From: Octopus vulgaris
Taxonomy: Eukaryota
Reading direction: 5' to 3'
Assembly: GCA_951406725.2 (NCBI GenBank)
Contig: OX597815.1
Span: forward strand, 105,524,001-105,588,000
DNA: 64,000 bases
Made by a program: the position numbers and the translations under genes. Below, piece after piece: positions 28,184 to 43,861 of the stretch. Within the stretch, counting starts at the first letter, position 1, and each line of letters starts with the position of its first letter. The notes under the pieces are model-generated. The model saw nothing but the letters and a program-made list of their open reading frames with translations, did no database searches and was not told the origin of the DNA.

Positions 28184-31100
28184 TTTTTCACATTCTCGTT
28201 TAAACTCGGTTGTATAAATATTCGCGGCCTGGGGTCGTATTGGAAGCAAGGCTACCTCCTTAACGACCTTAGGTCGCATCGTTTGGATGTAGTGGTAATT
28301 ACCGAATCCAGACTGAGTGGGCTGCAGGCCTTTACGCCCCTTCTAAACGGCTACGAGAAATACGTTTCTCCCTGTCGACCTGGAGGGGGCGGAGGAGTGG
28401 CAGTGCTGGTCAGGAAAAACCTGGATTTAGAGATTAGAACTATCTTTATAGATCCGGAAGGCAGGTTGGTCGTGTTGGATGTGACACACAGCAGTGGTAA
28501 AGTGTTCAAGCTGGTCGCTGTCTATGCTCCCTGCCAAGGAAAAGCCGGGCAGAAAGAGTATTTCAAAAGCCTAGAGAATTTTCTTGGCACGTCGAACACG
28601 TTAGTATTGCTAGGTGACTTCAACATAATTTGCGATGCACGCGTAGATTATGTTGGCTCGAGAAAGAATAGGACGAGATTACCTCACCTCAACGATATGC
28701 TAAGTCGTTTCGAATTGGCAGATAGATTCAGACTGGACCACCCAGACACTCCAGCGTGGACCTGGGCAAGAAACGACGGGTCGTCCAGATCTTACATTGA
28801 TAGAATCATAACTAGAAGGAAAGATAAGAAAATACTTAGCTGTCCACAACACCATATCGTCAGCTACAGCGATCACAAATTAGTGACCTGTACGCTCGAC
28901 ATAGATAGCATGTGTAGACGAGGTACCGGTTACTGGAAGCTAAACAAGTCACTATTGGATTGTGAAGCCAACAGGAATCGGATTAAACAATTAGTAATGA
29001 GGGCGTTAACCGGATCCATTATCAACAACAAATGGTGGTACGCCCTGAAAAGAGCCATCAAATTTGAGTCAATTAGGTTTAGCAAAGAACTAGCTAGTGC
29101 TAGAAACAAAGTAGAAAAGGAACTAGTTAAGGCAATAGATGAGGCAATGAGGTCAGGCAGTGCATCGAAAGTGTTAGCGGCGAGGTTAGCACTCGACCAA
29201 CATCTCAAAGCTAAACATGAAGGGTGCATTGACAGGGCTAAGATCCGTGCAATGAGACAGGAAGGGATCAACGCAGCCGGATGGACCCGGGTGGTAGAGG
29301 GCCAGCGTGGCAACAACTCAACCATTCGATCCTTGACGGGTCCAAATGGTCGATTAGTAAACGAACCCGAGGAGATGTGCAAGGTGTTTCATGATCATTT
29401 CGCCCAGCTATTCGGGAGGAGCGGCGAGTTGGAGCGCGGGGAGAAGCTCGCAGACTTCCTAGCCGGTTCGCCGCGTCTATCGGGGTCGGACGCGGAATCT
29501 TGTGAGGCGCCGATCACAGCCAAAGAAGTCGAGGATATGTTGGCAGACTGCGGCGGGGACAAATCGCCGGGACTCGATGGTCTGCCTTACGAACTCTATA
29601 GTAGCATGCCAGATTTGTTTGGGCACCTACTTGCATGCGTGTACACCAACTGGCAGCAGAACGGGCGAATTCCTAAGTCTGTGAGCCGAGGGGTGGTGGC
29701 GCTGTTAAGAAAGGACCCAAACAAGGGGGATTTAATTGATAATTTTCGGCCCATCACTCTGCTTAACGCAGAGTTGAAGATTTTGGCCATGGTCTTAGCA
29801 AAAAGGTTGGCGCGGGTAGTGGGTGAACTTGTTGGCGAGGCGCAAACTTGCGCCATCCCTGGAAGGACCATCCACGACAATCTCCACTTTCTACGCTATG
29901 CCTTAGAAAGGGTAAATAGGATTCCTGGCAAGGGTGGGGCTATGGTCCACTTGGACCAATCGAAAGCGTTTGATAGGGTGGACCATCAGTATCTGGCGGA
30001 TGTCCACGCGGCGGCTGGCTTCGGCCCGACCTTCTGCGGATGGATCATCGCTTTATACAGCAACATCGAACCAGTAGTTCGGGTAAATGGTTTCCTTTCG
30101 GAGCCGTTCAGCATTGAACGTTCGGTACGTCAAGGGTGTCCTCTTTCCCCGCTTCTCTACGTTTTGGCCCTCGAGCCGTTGCTGAGGAGGTTGGAAACTA
30201 TGAGAGGCACTCCGCAAGATCTAGGGTGCGGAAAGTCAGCTTCGGCGTATGCGGACGACATCATCGTCATCGTTTCCCGAATCGAGCACCTACAGTGGGT
30301 GGGTGAGGCCTTAAGGGACTACGAAGCGGTGGCAGGAGCGAAAGTCAACCGGGATAAATCGGTCGGCTTGCAACTCGGCACCTGGAGGGGCAAGTCGATG
30401 TCTTCCGATAGCGTCGTAGGACGTTGGACGGAAGGACCGGTGAAAATGCTTGGAATCTGGTTAGGTTCAGATCTCCAGATAGAGAAGAACTGGAGCGAGG
30501 TGGCGAGAAAGGTGGCTCTCCTAACTCAGACATGGTCTGAGCGGAAGCTGTCCTTGAAAGGGAGGGCGGAGGTTGCAGAGGTGTTTATCGCCTCTGTAAT
30601 CACTTACCGCCTGACCGTCGTGCCTTGCCCCGATTCGTGGCTGAACAAACTGGAACGCATGCTCTTTCGCTTTTTGTGGAGGGGCAGCAGACCTCTTGTA
30701 AGGCGCTCTATTTGCTGCCAAAAGCCGCTGAAGGGTGGGTTAGGGATGCCGTGGCTAAAAATGCGCAGACATGCGCTCAGGCTTAGGCACCTCTGGATTT
30801 ACCTGGACGGTGAGCAGGTGTGGTCTCCGTTCGTCAAGCTGTTATTTCCACAGTTCACATCGTTTAACGAACTGAACCCATGGATCAAGTGTAGACCGAG
30901 GTTGGGCATGTGGCATGCATAGTGCTATCAGGCACTCGTGCTTCTCTCCCAGTCGAGCAACGCCGGTGGCAGGGGTACTACCTCGTTCTTCTATAGAGGG
31001 TTAGTAGAGTTTAAGTGTGACGACGTCCTAGGAGAAACTCTGGGCTTCGACGAAAATCAACTGGCCAGCCTGTTCCAAAGAACATTCAGTCCGGGGCCTA

Positions 31101-31600
31101 TGGATAATTACCAAAAGTCCCTGGCCTGGCAATGTTACAGAGGAGCTTTACCGGTTCGAGATAAGCTCTTTAGACATGGGTGTGCACCTTCGCCGGTTTG
31201 TGCAAGATGTGAGAGGGACAGTGAAACTGTCCTGCACGCGATTGTGCAATGCCCCAAGGAGACTGAACTCTGGGCTTATGTCGAACACCTGCTGTTGCAT
31301 TCGAGAAGAGTACAACTGTCGAGCGAATCTGTAATGAAGATAGTTCCGCCGACCTCCCTGAATAGGGAGGAGCGAGCCTGTTTTCTCTCGGTAGTTGCTA
31401 TGGCGAAAGAAGTAGTGTGGAAGACGAGAGTAAAAGGAATTGCAACAGGCATGTTTATCTCCAGTCTCGAGCTAATCGACTTTTTCGTTTTCCACATGAA
31501 ACGGAAAATAAGGCTGGAGAAGAAATGCCTGTCGCAAAGTGTGTTTCGTAAAAGATGGAAGTCTATAGCAAGTATGTTGCGAGTGAAAGAACCTGTTTAA
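28184..31600 (+). pseudogene. LINE ORF2 (APE endonuclease-reverse transcriptase-zinc finger) with one premature stop
   Basis: Frame open from 28184: FKLGCINIRGL (APE motif I), ITES, VYAP, LGDFN, SYIDR, SDH; RT KSPGLDGLP, FRPITLLN, LDQSKAFDRV, VRQGCPLSP, YADD (30248-30259). TAG at 30920-22 continues in the same frame to CARC...H...C and TAA at 31598-31600. Confidence 0.93.
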
Positions 31601-32144
31601 TCAAGAATGTGAAAAAGGAGAAAGCAAAGTCTTCAGTGTGAGTATGTGGTTTGTGGGGTCAACCACGTCCTCCGCATCATTTTTTGTTATTCACTCATTC
31701 TCATTTAATTGTATATATTTTAATTGTTTGTTTATTCATATGTTTCGTCTCATTCGATACACTGACCCCAACGTTTGTTTTGTCCCCTCTCTTTCTCAAC
31801 CTTATGGTGAATAAAGAAATACTCTCTCTCTCTCTCTCTCTTTCTTCCTTTCTCTTTCTCTCTCCCTCTTTCTCTTTCTCTCTCTCGCTCTCTTTCTCTC
31901 ACTCTTTCTCTGTATGTTCTTCCAGTCACCATTACCGACAGTAACGGCGCCTTCGCCGTCACCGTCTCCACACTACCACAACTACTTATTGTGCATTTTA
32001 AACTCTATTTGAGTTACCTTCCTGAGGTGAGACGAAATGTAGGTAGGAAGTAAATTTAATAATGTGTACATATGCGTATATGTGTGTGTGCATATATGTA
32101 TGTGGGTGTATGCATATATATATACATACATGCTCACACATATG

Positions 32145-32209
<65 letters not shown>

Positions 32210-32236
32210 TAGATAGATAGATACATAGATAGATAG

Positions 32237-32708
<472 letters not shown>

Positions 32709-33674
32709 TACTAGCTTAAGGTGACCCGCTCTACGCTTGGCTGAGGGTGTGGTTGTTACTTTCTGTTTCTTATCGCCACATTCTCCCTCTTTGTTTCTCT
32801 CTCCTTTCTCTCTCACTTTCCCACTCTCTTACTCTTCCTTTCTCTCGGGCTCTCCCTCGCTTTCTCTTACTCTCTATCTTTCTTTATCTATCTCTCTCCC
32901 ATTTATAAAAAACAAAAGATCTTGAGTAAGTTGAGAAATATTACGCAGTGACAACGGAAAGCACACTTGTCTTTTGTACGAGCCACTATTTGAGCGATTA
33001 AAAATAAGGAAAAAAAGGATTTCTTTGTTAAATTTAGTACTTATTTTGGGAATTTTTTGACGACTGACCATGCAAATGAAAGCTCTAAACACGGGCTACA
33101 TGCAGCTGTAAATTTCTTTCAGAAAAAATGAAAACTGTAAACAATAAAAAAATAATACGTAAAAATTACAAATTGTTTTCAACTTCAAAAATCTTGCCTA
33201 ATTTTTCAAAATTTCAAACTCATTTTCCTCGCTTAAATTACAAATCCGCTTCCACTTTACCATGTTGAAAATTTGATTGAAATCGGGCAAAAGGTGTCCA
33301 AGCTAGACCCCCAAGTGTCCCGAAAAATCAATAAAATCCCCGTTTTCACAGCAAAGCAACCACTGTAGCGCCCCAGAACTTCTCCCAATCAATTTCTCAC
33401 CTCTAATTACCCACTCCTGGAAATTTTAATCCCCTTCCAGCCTCATTTAGACCCCTTTTTACATAAAAACCCAATTTGTATCAACATTCGCCTTCATTTT
33501 ATAGATTAGATGCCAATCGTACTAATCTGGAGGGGCTTAGAACCCCCTTGGATCGATAAAAAATCACTCTTCTCACCATAGCAACCGCATCTTTCCATAT
33601 GACGAGTTTTAACCTTCTCACATCTGCCTCATCACGCCTTCTATGCCTGTGTCAATTTTCAGCTCGATCCGACC

Positions 33675-33726
<52 letters not shown>

Positions 33727-33859
33727 TGTATGCAAATGTATTAAGATATTTATAGAAAAACAAAAGAAAAACAAAATAAAGTATGAATTTAAGTATTTAG
33801 AGATAATGTGATAAAGTGATAAGGACAGACCATTTCCTGTGCTTATCAACTATCTACTT

Positions 33860-36100
33860 GAAAGGGATCTAAAGTACCTTCATTCTATCATAGCAGAACA
33901 TTTGACTCCATCTTCCTTTATCACATTATCACATTATTGTCTCCCTTATTTTCGAACCTTTTTGCTCTTACTTAACACATAATTATGTATTGTTGAAGAA
34001 CAGCGCGAAAAATCACGCAAAATACTTTTGTGATTAAAAGAATGCAATATGATCCTTAGAGACAGTCCAATTATTGTGTCGTTTTAACTCTTCTCTACAT
34101 AATTTTTTAAAGTAATGACACTAGAAAACATTGTAGACTTTATTCAAGACTTGTACTGCATTAATAGCAATAAGAGAGCAATGACGTTATCTCGATAGAT
34201 GAACACAGCCCTCTTTTGCTTCCCGTCACCTTTGTCCTCTTAAAGCATATCGCAACGTTTAATGATAGCGTCACTCGAAGATCTCAAACTAGTAATCAAG
34301 TCAAGATTATATGAGGTCTTTAGCCAAAGATACAACACAGCGTTTTTGACGAGATACTATCTAGATAGGACCTACAATACTAGCTCGCCTATTTTTACTG
34401 TATTTGGTATTCATATTTCGACTGTCCAGTGGTTACGGAAAGCGCTGAATGTTGTATAGTTACTGCGTGTGTTTCAAATAAGATAACACTGTCTCTCTGC
34501 TTAGTGTTTTGAAAACTAGGTAAATGCTAAATGATTGGTATCATCCTAAGCTTCATCATATCATTAGGGAAGTTTATGTGATATCATCATTAATACCAAC
34601 TTTATCAAATAGATACTAACGAGAGCACCTTTAAATGTTCAAACCATTTACTAGAAATAAAAGCCAATAACAATTCAGTCTTAAAAATAAAAGGAAACCG
34701 TATGGACTTTGATCATTTACTATCTGTATTGATCTGACTAAGACCTATCGAAAAGAGTAACAACCCAATCAAAGAAGTATATCACATATGTGACTCTGAA
34801 TCAATAGTACTCTGTACTTACTCAGTGTCAACATGCTGAGATGAAAAGAGGCACTGCTTGTTGCAATACTTTACAATATCTTTACAATATCTTTATAATA
34901 TTATGTCATAAAGGGAAGTTGTTTCTTACTATACCATGTATTATATTCTGTTGTGAATTAAACGGAACCTGTGGTCGTTGCTGTACTTTATAACTTCCCT
35001 TTTGGCGTGAAGTGAGATAGCTGTTTTTGCTGTACCTTTTAATTTCGTCTCCCTCTTTGGTAAGAAGAAGGGCAGTCGTATGTTGCTGTACATTATAATG
35101 TCCCGTATTCAATTATAAGATATCTTTGTTAGTTTGTTGGGATATTGAATTGATAATTTTCCGACTGACAGTTATTTCCAACACTGCACAGCATTCAAAT
35201 CCCTGCAACAAGGTCCTTACTCCTTCGCCAAAATAATGGGTTTGTGATATAAATATAATTACAGTTAGTTGTTCAAATAAAGTGTAAAACAGTTATTTTT
35301 TTTAATTTCACCGAAGAATTGACTATCTTTGCTTTTATGTTACAGTTTTTTTTTTTTATGATAAAAATCAACGATGTAAATTTACTTGGTTTACATTTAA
35401 TAAAACTTTAGAAATTACAGCCGCAGAGAAAACGATGTATAGTAATAAGCATGAATACATGAGCGGGGGAATGCTAAAACATTGATGTAAATAAGAAGAG
35501 AAAATTAAGTGTATTTTTGTTAACAGGAAGTATGAAAAAAAATAACATTTAATTAGAAAGTAAAAATAGCAGAAATACCTCAACTTAATTATAACATAAA
35601 TGTGTGCAAAAATGTGAAACGTGGATACGAGCGATTCAGAGATATATCTAAATGAGGAGGTTTGTATACGTGAGTGAACATGTAGAGACGTGTGAATATG
35701 ATAAAATGGCCAGCAAACATAACCAAATAGGCAAATATACAAAATATATATTAAAATTCAGGGTAAAATATGCATCTATTTGCTAGAAAGAGGAGTTAAA
35801 ACTCTCCAAAGCCATGCATCTCTCACTATATGTAAACATGCACGGAGAATGCAGCAAATATACTAATAAACAGTCGTCCTATTTGTAAAACTACAAATAG
35901 GAGAGTAGATATCCCAGTATTAATTGATTTCTGTGCCAAAGACACTTAAAGCTCATCAGCTAGGCTTACTTCGTAAACTATTTTTTAAAACATATTTACC
36001 ATTCCGTGCACATCTGTTCAGCTGAAGGCCACGCGACTTCCAAACGAACATTAGCGAGCAAGCATAAATTCAAAATTCAAATAACTTATCATTATCTTTA
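33860..36100 (-). pseudogene. Decayed TLR-like pseudogene 7
   Basis: SQQNIIHGIVRNNF (~34915-34957); FEHLKVLSL (~34617-34645); TIR-like LC..IYRD.VI..IAINAVQ (~34150-34212); Cys-rich N-terminal-like segment ~35900-36030. Confidence 0.4.
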
Positions 36101-36640
36101 AAAAGATAATGATTAAAAATTTAATGACAATGAAATATAGTTCGTATCCATTTATGAGAAGGAAAGAAAATGGTGATAAGGAAGTTAATAATTGTTTATT
36201 ATTAATAAATTGGTCATCTTCGTTTCTTACAGCCGTTTCAATTAATACTCAATAATTTAATTACAAATTTTTACATCAAATTTACATTTATGTGACATGA
36301 GTATAATTTCATCAGAGAAAGAAAAGATGTACATTTTGGATGTTATATGTGGGCCTATCAATTCATTTCAACAGACTAAATGTTACGGTTTATGGTTTGT
36401 ATTATCATATGCACGGGTGAAGGGTTTACAGGTTGATTAGAATGTGATTAGGGATAAAGTAAAGTAAATATATAAAACTAGAACAATAAACAAAGTAAAT
36501 AGAGATGAATGAGGGAAGATAAATATAGATAAGGTAATTTTATAGTTAATAAAATAATAAAATATTCATTTATAAGATATAAATAAAATTGTAAAAATTC
36601 ATGTGCTCTACATCTTAGAGGATACATAAATATATATATA

Positions 36641-36689
<49 letters not shown>

Positions 36690-37119
36690 ATACGCTTATA
36701 TACAGAGATGCGCGCATATACTTATACGTATGCATGCACACGTTTACACATATACGTGTATACACGCATACACACATACATACACATACATGCATAAATA
36801 CGTATGCGCACTCATACACGCACATATGTATGTACACATGCACTTATGTATGCATTCTTCGTACCCATCAGCCCTAAAAAAGAAATTAATATAGATCCAT
36901 ATTAATCAATCAGTGCCCTTTGGTTAGTGAGATTTTGAATTTGTTTACAACATAGCTTTTCGAGGAAAGTATATTCTTAACGCTTTTTGTAAAATGTTGG
37001 TGCCTACAGGTACATATAAATATAACTTCGCACACAGATACGCAGGTGTGCATATGTACGTACAGTTAACCATACATATACAAACACACATTAAGTGTAG
37101 GAGAGAATTTTAGACTTTT

Positions 37120-38700
37120 CATCAATAATCAAAATGAAATAGACAGTGACGAATTTCGATTATTGATGAAAGGACTAAAATTTACAACTACAGTCAACCA
37201 TCAGGAACTGAAAGAAGATATCCAAAACTTTTGTCGGAAACTACGACTTATGGAGATTTTTTTTCTACTGATAAAATAAAGAGAATGACGAATCCTTGGC
37301 GAAAAATAAATCAAAATTTAACCCGGCAAAAGGACGGAATATACATCTAGATCAGTTCATTGATATTCTCTCCAGATTTTAATTGAGGCATAACATCAAC
37401 GTCAGACCAAACATTTCAAAACTAGAAAAGTCTGCCTTTATACGTCTTAAAAATTACAACACAATTGTATTCGTTCTACCATGAAATATCCTGGAATGTT
37501 CACCGCCGCATCATGAAGAAACTCCATTACTTAGTCTCAAAACATTACAACTCCCTCGCCTCTAATGAAAGGGACTACATTATCAATTTTGAGTCGAAAT
37601 CCAGCAACATTTATGGCCTACCTAAAATACGTAAGTCAAAAGAAATACAAAACGCTATGAAGAAACAAGGTTGGGAATATATAAAACTACTACAACCAAA
37701 AGACCTTAAACTAAGACCCATTATTGTTGGTCCAGTCTGTCCTACCCATCGCCTGAGCAACCTCACTGACATTATCCTAAAATCACTATGTACTCACATA
37801 CCCAGTTTCCATCGAGGTGACATCGATTTCCTGTCACATCTGCCCAAAACAACAGAATCCAATTCACTGTTACTTTTGATGTAACAAACTTATAAACGAT
37901 CATTCCACTTGATTTGGGAATTACTGCCATAAAATATTGGGTCGAAAAACAGAGAAGCGATCCCCAGTAGATTTACTGTAACCCTCATACAAGACGCGAT
38001 CAGCCTCATCCTTGAAAGCAATATATTCCTTTTCAACCTCCAAATTCGATGCACAGCTATGAGAACGCGATTTGCTCCAGTTTTCGCAAACACAGTATTG
38101 GAATACTTGGAACAAAACCTATATAAAAAAGAATTGAAGAGAAAACTGAAGAAAACATTGAACTACGGCATGACCTTTAAGAGAACACATGGAAAAGATA
38201 CCTCGATGATTGTTTCCTAATTTGAACCAAATCCTTAGAAAATCTGGAAGAATCCAGCACTCTCCTCAACAATCTACATCCTACTCACAAATTCACAAGA
38301 GAAATGAACATCACACAATTAACATTTCTCGACATAATGATAATTAAAAACAACACCACAATCACAACTGATATTTATTACAAAAGCACCGATACACACC
38401 AGTACCTAAATTTCAAATCATGCCACCCAACACGCCCAAAATGCAACAACTCGTACTGTCTAGCCAGGAACATACGACTTATAGAACTCAAAAGATTTCT
38501 GCTCAAGCAAAATTACTCTCTCCTACTTATAGAAAATAGCATACAACGAGCAAAAGAGATACCTATTGAACAACTTAGAGCAACACGAAAAGGATAAACC
38601 CATCAACGGAACACAATACCGTTTCTTGTAACACACATTACGCATTACCAAAACATTTTTAACATCATCAAAGCAAAGTTGCCAATCATGAAAAAGTGAA
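37120..38700 (+). mobile_element. Penelope-like element RT remnant
   Basis: LLMKGLKF; IYGLPKIRK; LRPIIVGPVCPTHRLSNLTDIILK; TAMRTRFAPVFAN; WKRYLDDCF (~38189-38215); LTFLDIMI; TDIYYKSTDTHQYLNFKSCHP. Multiple frameshifts. Confidence 0.9.
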
Positions 38701-39342
38701 AAATTAAAAAAACATATGTATTTATGTCTAAATATAAAGTAGTAAACGTACTTTCTAATGAAAGTAACTCAGAAGAAAGGCACCGAGTAAAATAGGAATA
38801 CTTCTAGTGATATGTGTATCTATCTTGGGGCCTGTGAAAGAAGTGAAAACTAAATTGGTATGGCAACAAGGTAGCTGCAATGAGAAAGCAGGTGAAAGAG
38901 ACAAGACGCGCTGTTTGCACCAAACTGAGTTACAAACAGAACCTTATCTATCCGTTCCGTGATGATGACAATATCACATGGTTGAAGGCTGGACAGAGCA
39001 TCCCAGAAGTGTAGCCTGTGTTTCTTATGATAATGCCAAGCATAGATGACAAATGGCCAAGATAAACAATGTAGTGATTACAATGTCAGGGCTGCAAACT
39101 TTCTTTCCTATAAATTAAAATCGAAGCAGTGTATGGGAATTGTTACAAGGTACAGTTATGTGAAAGAAACGATGTCAGGAATATATGGTTAGTGATAAGA
39201 CGAAATTTGAAATAACCGGTGAATATACATATATGGCAATAAATGCGTGGTGTACTATGCAAGTTGCGATATTTAAGCCTATGAGGTAAATTGCTGTGGG
39301 ATTTTGTCTTAATGTAAATAGGTAGTCAGATAGATAGATAAA

Positions 39343-39482
39343 TAGGTAGGTAGGTAGGTAGGTAGGTAGGTAGGTAGGTAGGTAGGTAGGTAGGTAAGTA
39401 GGTAGGTAGATAGGTAGGTAGGTAGGTAGGTAGGTAGGTAGGTAGGTAGGTAGGTAGGTAGGTAGGTAGGTAGGTAGGTAGG
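39343..39482. repeat. (TAGG)n microsatellite (another at 43903-44008)
   Basis: Direct inspection. Confidence 0.95.
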
Positions 39483-39849
39483 TTAATACATTAGACGACT
39501 AGACACATTAGACAAACCTAGATATAAACAAAACTTTCAGATCGAAGAATAGTAGATGAGTAGATTACTGCGAGAGGTAACCAATCAAAGGAGATAGGTT
39601 GTTAAATCCGTAAAGAGCTGGAGACAAATATCAAAACAAGGTAGGAATGTAGAAAGAGAACATTAAACTCATGGTGGTGAGTAGCTAAACATGCTTTGGG
39701 GACTATTTAACTGGGCAATGTAGGTAGGTAATTAGGTATATATACAAACAAAGTAGATATGTAAACAGCATTAACCTTGGCTAGTAAACAAATTAGGCAA
39801 ACAACAATATGTAAATAAGATAGGCAGGTGATAAACTATAGGAAACTAC

Positions 39850-41960
39850 TGGATTTTCGGATCCGGTTTCTTTCCCTAAACTTAATTGAGGTATGTAATG
39901 TGTGTCGGTATTAAATTATAAATGTTTTCCAAAAGCTGATTAAATATAAATGCATCCAAATAACACCATTCAGTATAACCAAACTTTCAGTATCTTATTT
40001 CATCGAACTGAATTCGATTCCTACAGAGAACCATTTTTTCCTGTGTCAACAATACCTTTGGAGTAGAAATTAATGTTCCTCAATTTCATTTATCCTATCT
40101 GGTAAATGAAACGCTGTATGCTTATAGAAGATTGCTTTTACATTGCTGTTATTGTACTTGGTAATCCCTTATCCAGCATAATTTCTTTTCTGTCTTTTAT
40201 TCGAACTGTATAGCAAGGACCCAATAATACAACTTGCTAAAGATGTGATTTAAAACAGATTTATATCCAATGTGTTGTTTCACTTTAGGACGCTTGGGTG
40301 TAATTTGAGGGAGACTTGACTGTTATTTCTAGCTAGTCGAACAATGACATGAAAGGATCGTGTTATTTAGTGGCATTTAAATATAGACATAAACTACAGG
40401 AAAGTTAGGCCATATCCTGCTTACTGTTTCCGATGCATGTTATGCCAATCAGATAAAGCCGTTAGACAAGATATAAACATTACAACTTATTTCTCCCTCC
40501 ATTATTAATATCAGACTATATAGATATGTAAGTTATATGTGATTTCTGTTCCTGAGATAGACTTATAGTTGAATGTTTCCGGTAAAACAAGTCTGCTTTG
40601 AAGTTTTACTGAAGGTGAACATATATTCTGAACACTGTAAGTGGCAATACGGTTGTATAGAAATTGATAAAGCAAAAAATAAGTTGAACCTAGAATAAGA
40701 TTCAAAGATGGAATATTTCACAATCTTCATTTTATGTTCCTGTTTACAAAATACAGGATGAATACACACCAGAATGTGAAGTATATATATCATATATAGA
40801 GAGAGATAGGAATAGATTTTGTTCAGAACTGTAAGAGCTGCATACAACATTTGGGTAGACACAGGAAATTGGTAAACAAATTTTAGTAAGCATCTCTGTA
40901 TTTAAGTTATAACCAATGACATTATTTGGTTGTGTTCACTTTCTCTTTCAAATCATCTTCCGTAACAAAATTTTCCCACAAGATTACATTTGAAAACAAT
41001 CAAATGAATTTCTTGATTTTCTAACACCCAACTTTCAAACAAATCTTGTTTAATTCCGAAAATTGAATAAATTGAAAGTGTGCATCATATTTGACGACAA
41101 CATCAAAGATTAATTGGAATCAATTTCGTTATAATTTAAAGTTGAAAGTAATTTAAAGTTGAACAAATTTTAGTTTCATAACAGACGCCATAGAACAACA
41201 GGTATCTGTAACAATCAGTTTTAAAGAAGTATTAAACCAAGTTTGTTTAGATAACTTCTTTAAATTACCTGTGGATGAGAGTGAAAGGAAAGTTCACTTT
41301 ATTCCTTCTACAAAGTATTCTGAAATTCTTCAGTTACAGATGTATTTTCAAGTATTCAAAACTATGTTATTGAGAATTATTTCAATAGATTCTGTCTATG
41401 TTTAAATGCAATTTATATATACCATTTATAAATTAAGGTACACTTCTAACTTGCAAACTGTATCAATCAGATAGTTTTTGTGTTAAGTTAAAAATGGATT
41501 GCGACAGATAATAAATACCATAAAGCCTTTAAATTGAAACAAAAAGAATACTTTATGTCGCTCGCAAACTTGCTTCATTATAAAGAGATATTTATAAAGG
41601 TACAATTATTAATACATGAAATTAACATATTAAAGAAGATGAAGCCATCAACGTTTGATTGATGAACTTTCAATGAAAGGTAGGATTAAAATGCAGTTCT
41701 ACGCGGAAACAGTAAAGAGAAGATTCTGCGTACATTTTTTTTAAAAATTCTAGCGCAATTATTACCCATGGGCCAAATAACTCTGGAGAAATGAAGTACG
41801 AGAAAATGTTATAAAAATTTTGGTTACTCCGTAGGCGTAAAAACAATATTGTTAGTTGTCCATTGAATGAATTACTTCCCCGCTAAAATAAGATACAAGT
41901 ATTGCAATTATGACAGTCGTGTTTTAATTTACAACAATGTATTTCTTGCTTCTATCCAAA
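39850..41960 (-). pseudogene. Decayed TLR-like pseudogene 8
   Basis: LRR-like LLYQFLYNRIATYSVQ..LPETFNYKSISGTEITY (40535-40680); TIR-like FYKHTAF (~40105-40127) and FGYTEWCYLD...LLENI..IP (39900-39983). Confidence 0.5.
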
Positions 41961-42165
41961 GTATCCAGAGAATAAATTTAAAAAAAAACAATTTTGCTGT
42001 TAAGAGTGGAGAAAAATTGTAACGATTTCTTAATGTTATCGAGCACATGACGCACATAAAATTAGGAATTTACCTCGATCGTTTTTGAGGCAAAAACCTA
42101 CATTAAGGTACATAAGTATATATACATGTATACATATATACATACAAACATACATACATACATGC

Positions 42166-43101
<936 letters not shown>

Positions 43102-43199
43102 GAAATTAAAAAGAGCGGCTTATTAGCAATTAGAACCTAAAGGCAAAATTATAAGAGGTCACAAAAGTGACAGAGAATAAACTCAGCAACGGCGTACAT

Positions 43200-43861
43200 T
43201 AAGATCCATAATGGTAGAATCCGAGAAGTGGAAAGTTTCAATGATAATCCGGGTGGAGTGATGGTAAGGTGGATGAGGAGAAGTATCAAAGGTTGAGTGG
43301 TTTTTGGGAGTTCAAAATGGTGTTCAACTGCGACTGTTTGGCCCCCTACAGTGAACTATATGTCCTGAGATAACTTACGCAGACATATCATGGAATGTTC
43401 TTGTCCTTTTAGTTGCTTTATATGGCAGTGTTAATGCCAAGGATTATCTAAGTATTTTGGTTGATTATGTTTATCCTATGGTACAAACATTATTCCTTGA
43501 TGATAATGTATCGACTCACACTGTTAATGTAATTCAAAATTGGTGCGAATAGCACAAAATTTAAGTAGACCACTTGTATTGGGCTCTGAAATCACCAGAC
43601 CTCAATATAATTAAATATTTATGGTACATTTTGTAGCAGTGAGAGACGATCCGCTTCCTTTTACCATTGTCGCTGAAAGAGCAAATGCAGGTTTCAGTTG
43701 AAGTATGGCTCAAAATTCCCCTAACAACCATTCAGAACGTGTACGAATCAGTTCGTCGATGTATTAAAGCTGTGACTGATGCCAAAGGTGAACCAACTCC
43801 GCATAAAATAATATAACTTTCGTCTAACACGGTGTTTCCATCATTTTGACTAACTCTTGTA
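43200..43861 (+). mobile_element. Tc1-family transposase remnant with 3' end
   Basis: GSVNAKDYLSIL..VYPMVQTLFLDDNVSTHT and WALKSPDLNIIKYLW (Tc1 SPDLNxIE motif); ends ...AACTCTTG followed by TA. Confidence 0.75.

Larger units (their letters stand above)
26393..31821 (+). mobile_element. Full-length Tx1/L1-clade non-LTR retrotransposon (~5.4 kb) inserted in a (CT)n microsatellite
   Basis: ORF1 with a CCHC knuckle; ORF2 with APE, RT and a C-terminal CX2CX8HX4C motif; T-rich 3' UTR with AATAAA (31810-15) and no poly(A). (CT)n lies immediately 5' (26339-26392) and 3' (31822-31841). Confidence 0.93.

Noticed and set aside
28930-30721. Antisense ORFs within ORF2
   Set aside because: They are shadow frames of a GC-richer coding sequence with no motifs.
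30938-31600. Separate 220-aa ORF3
   Set aside because: It is in the same frame as ORF2, separated by one TAG (likely GAG>TAG), and is the normal zinc-finger C-terminus. Programmed readthrough is unsupported.
39343-39482. Telomeric repeat
   Set aside because: The unit is TAGG, not TTAGGG or TTAGG; it is an ordinary tetranucleotide microsatellite.
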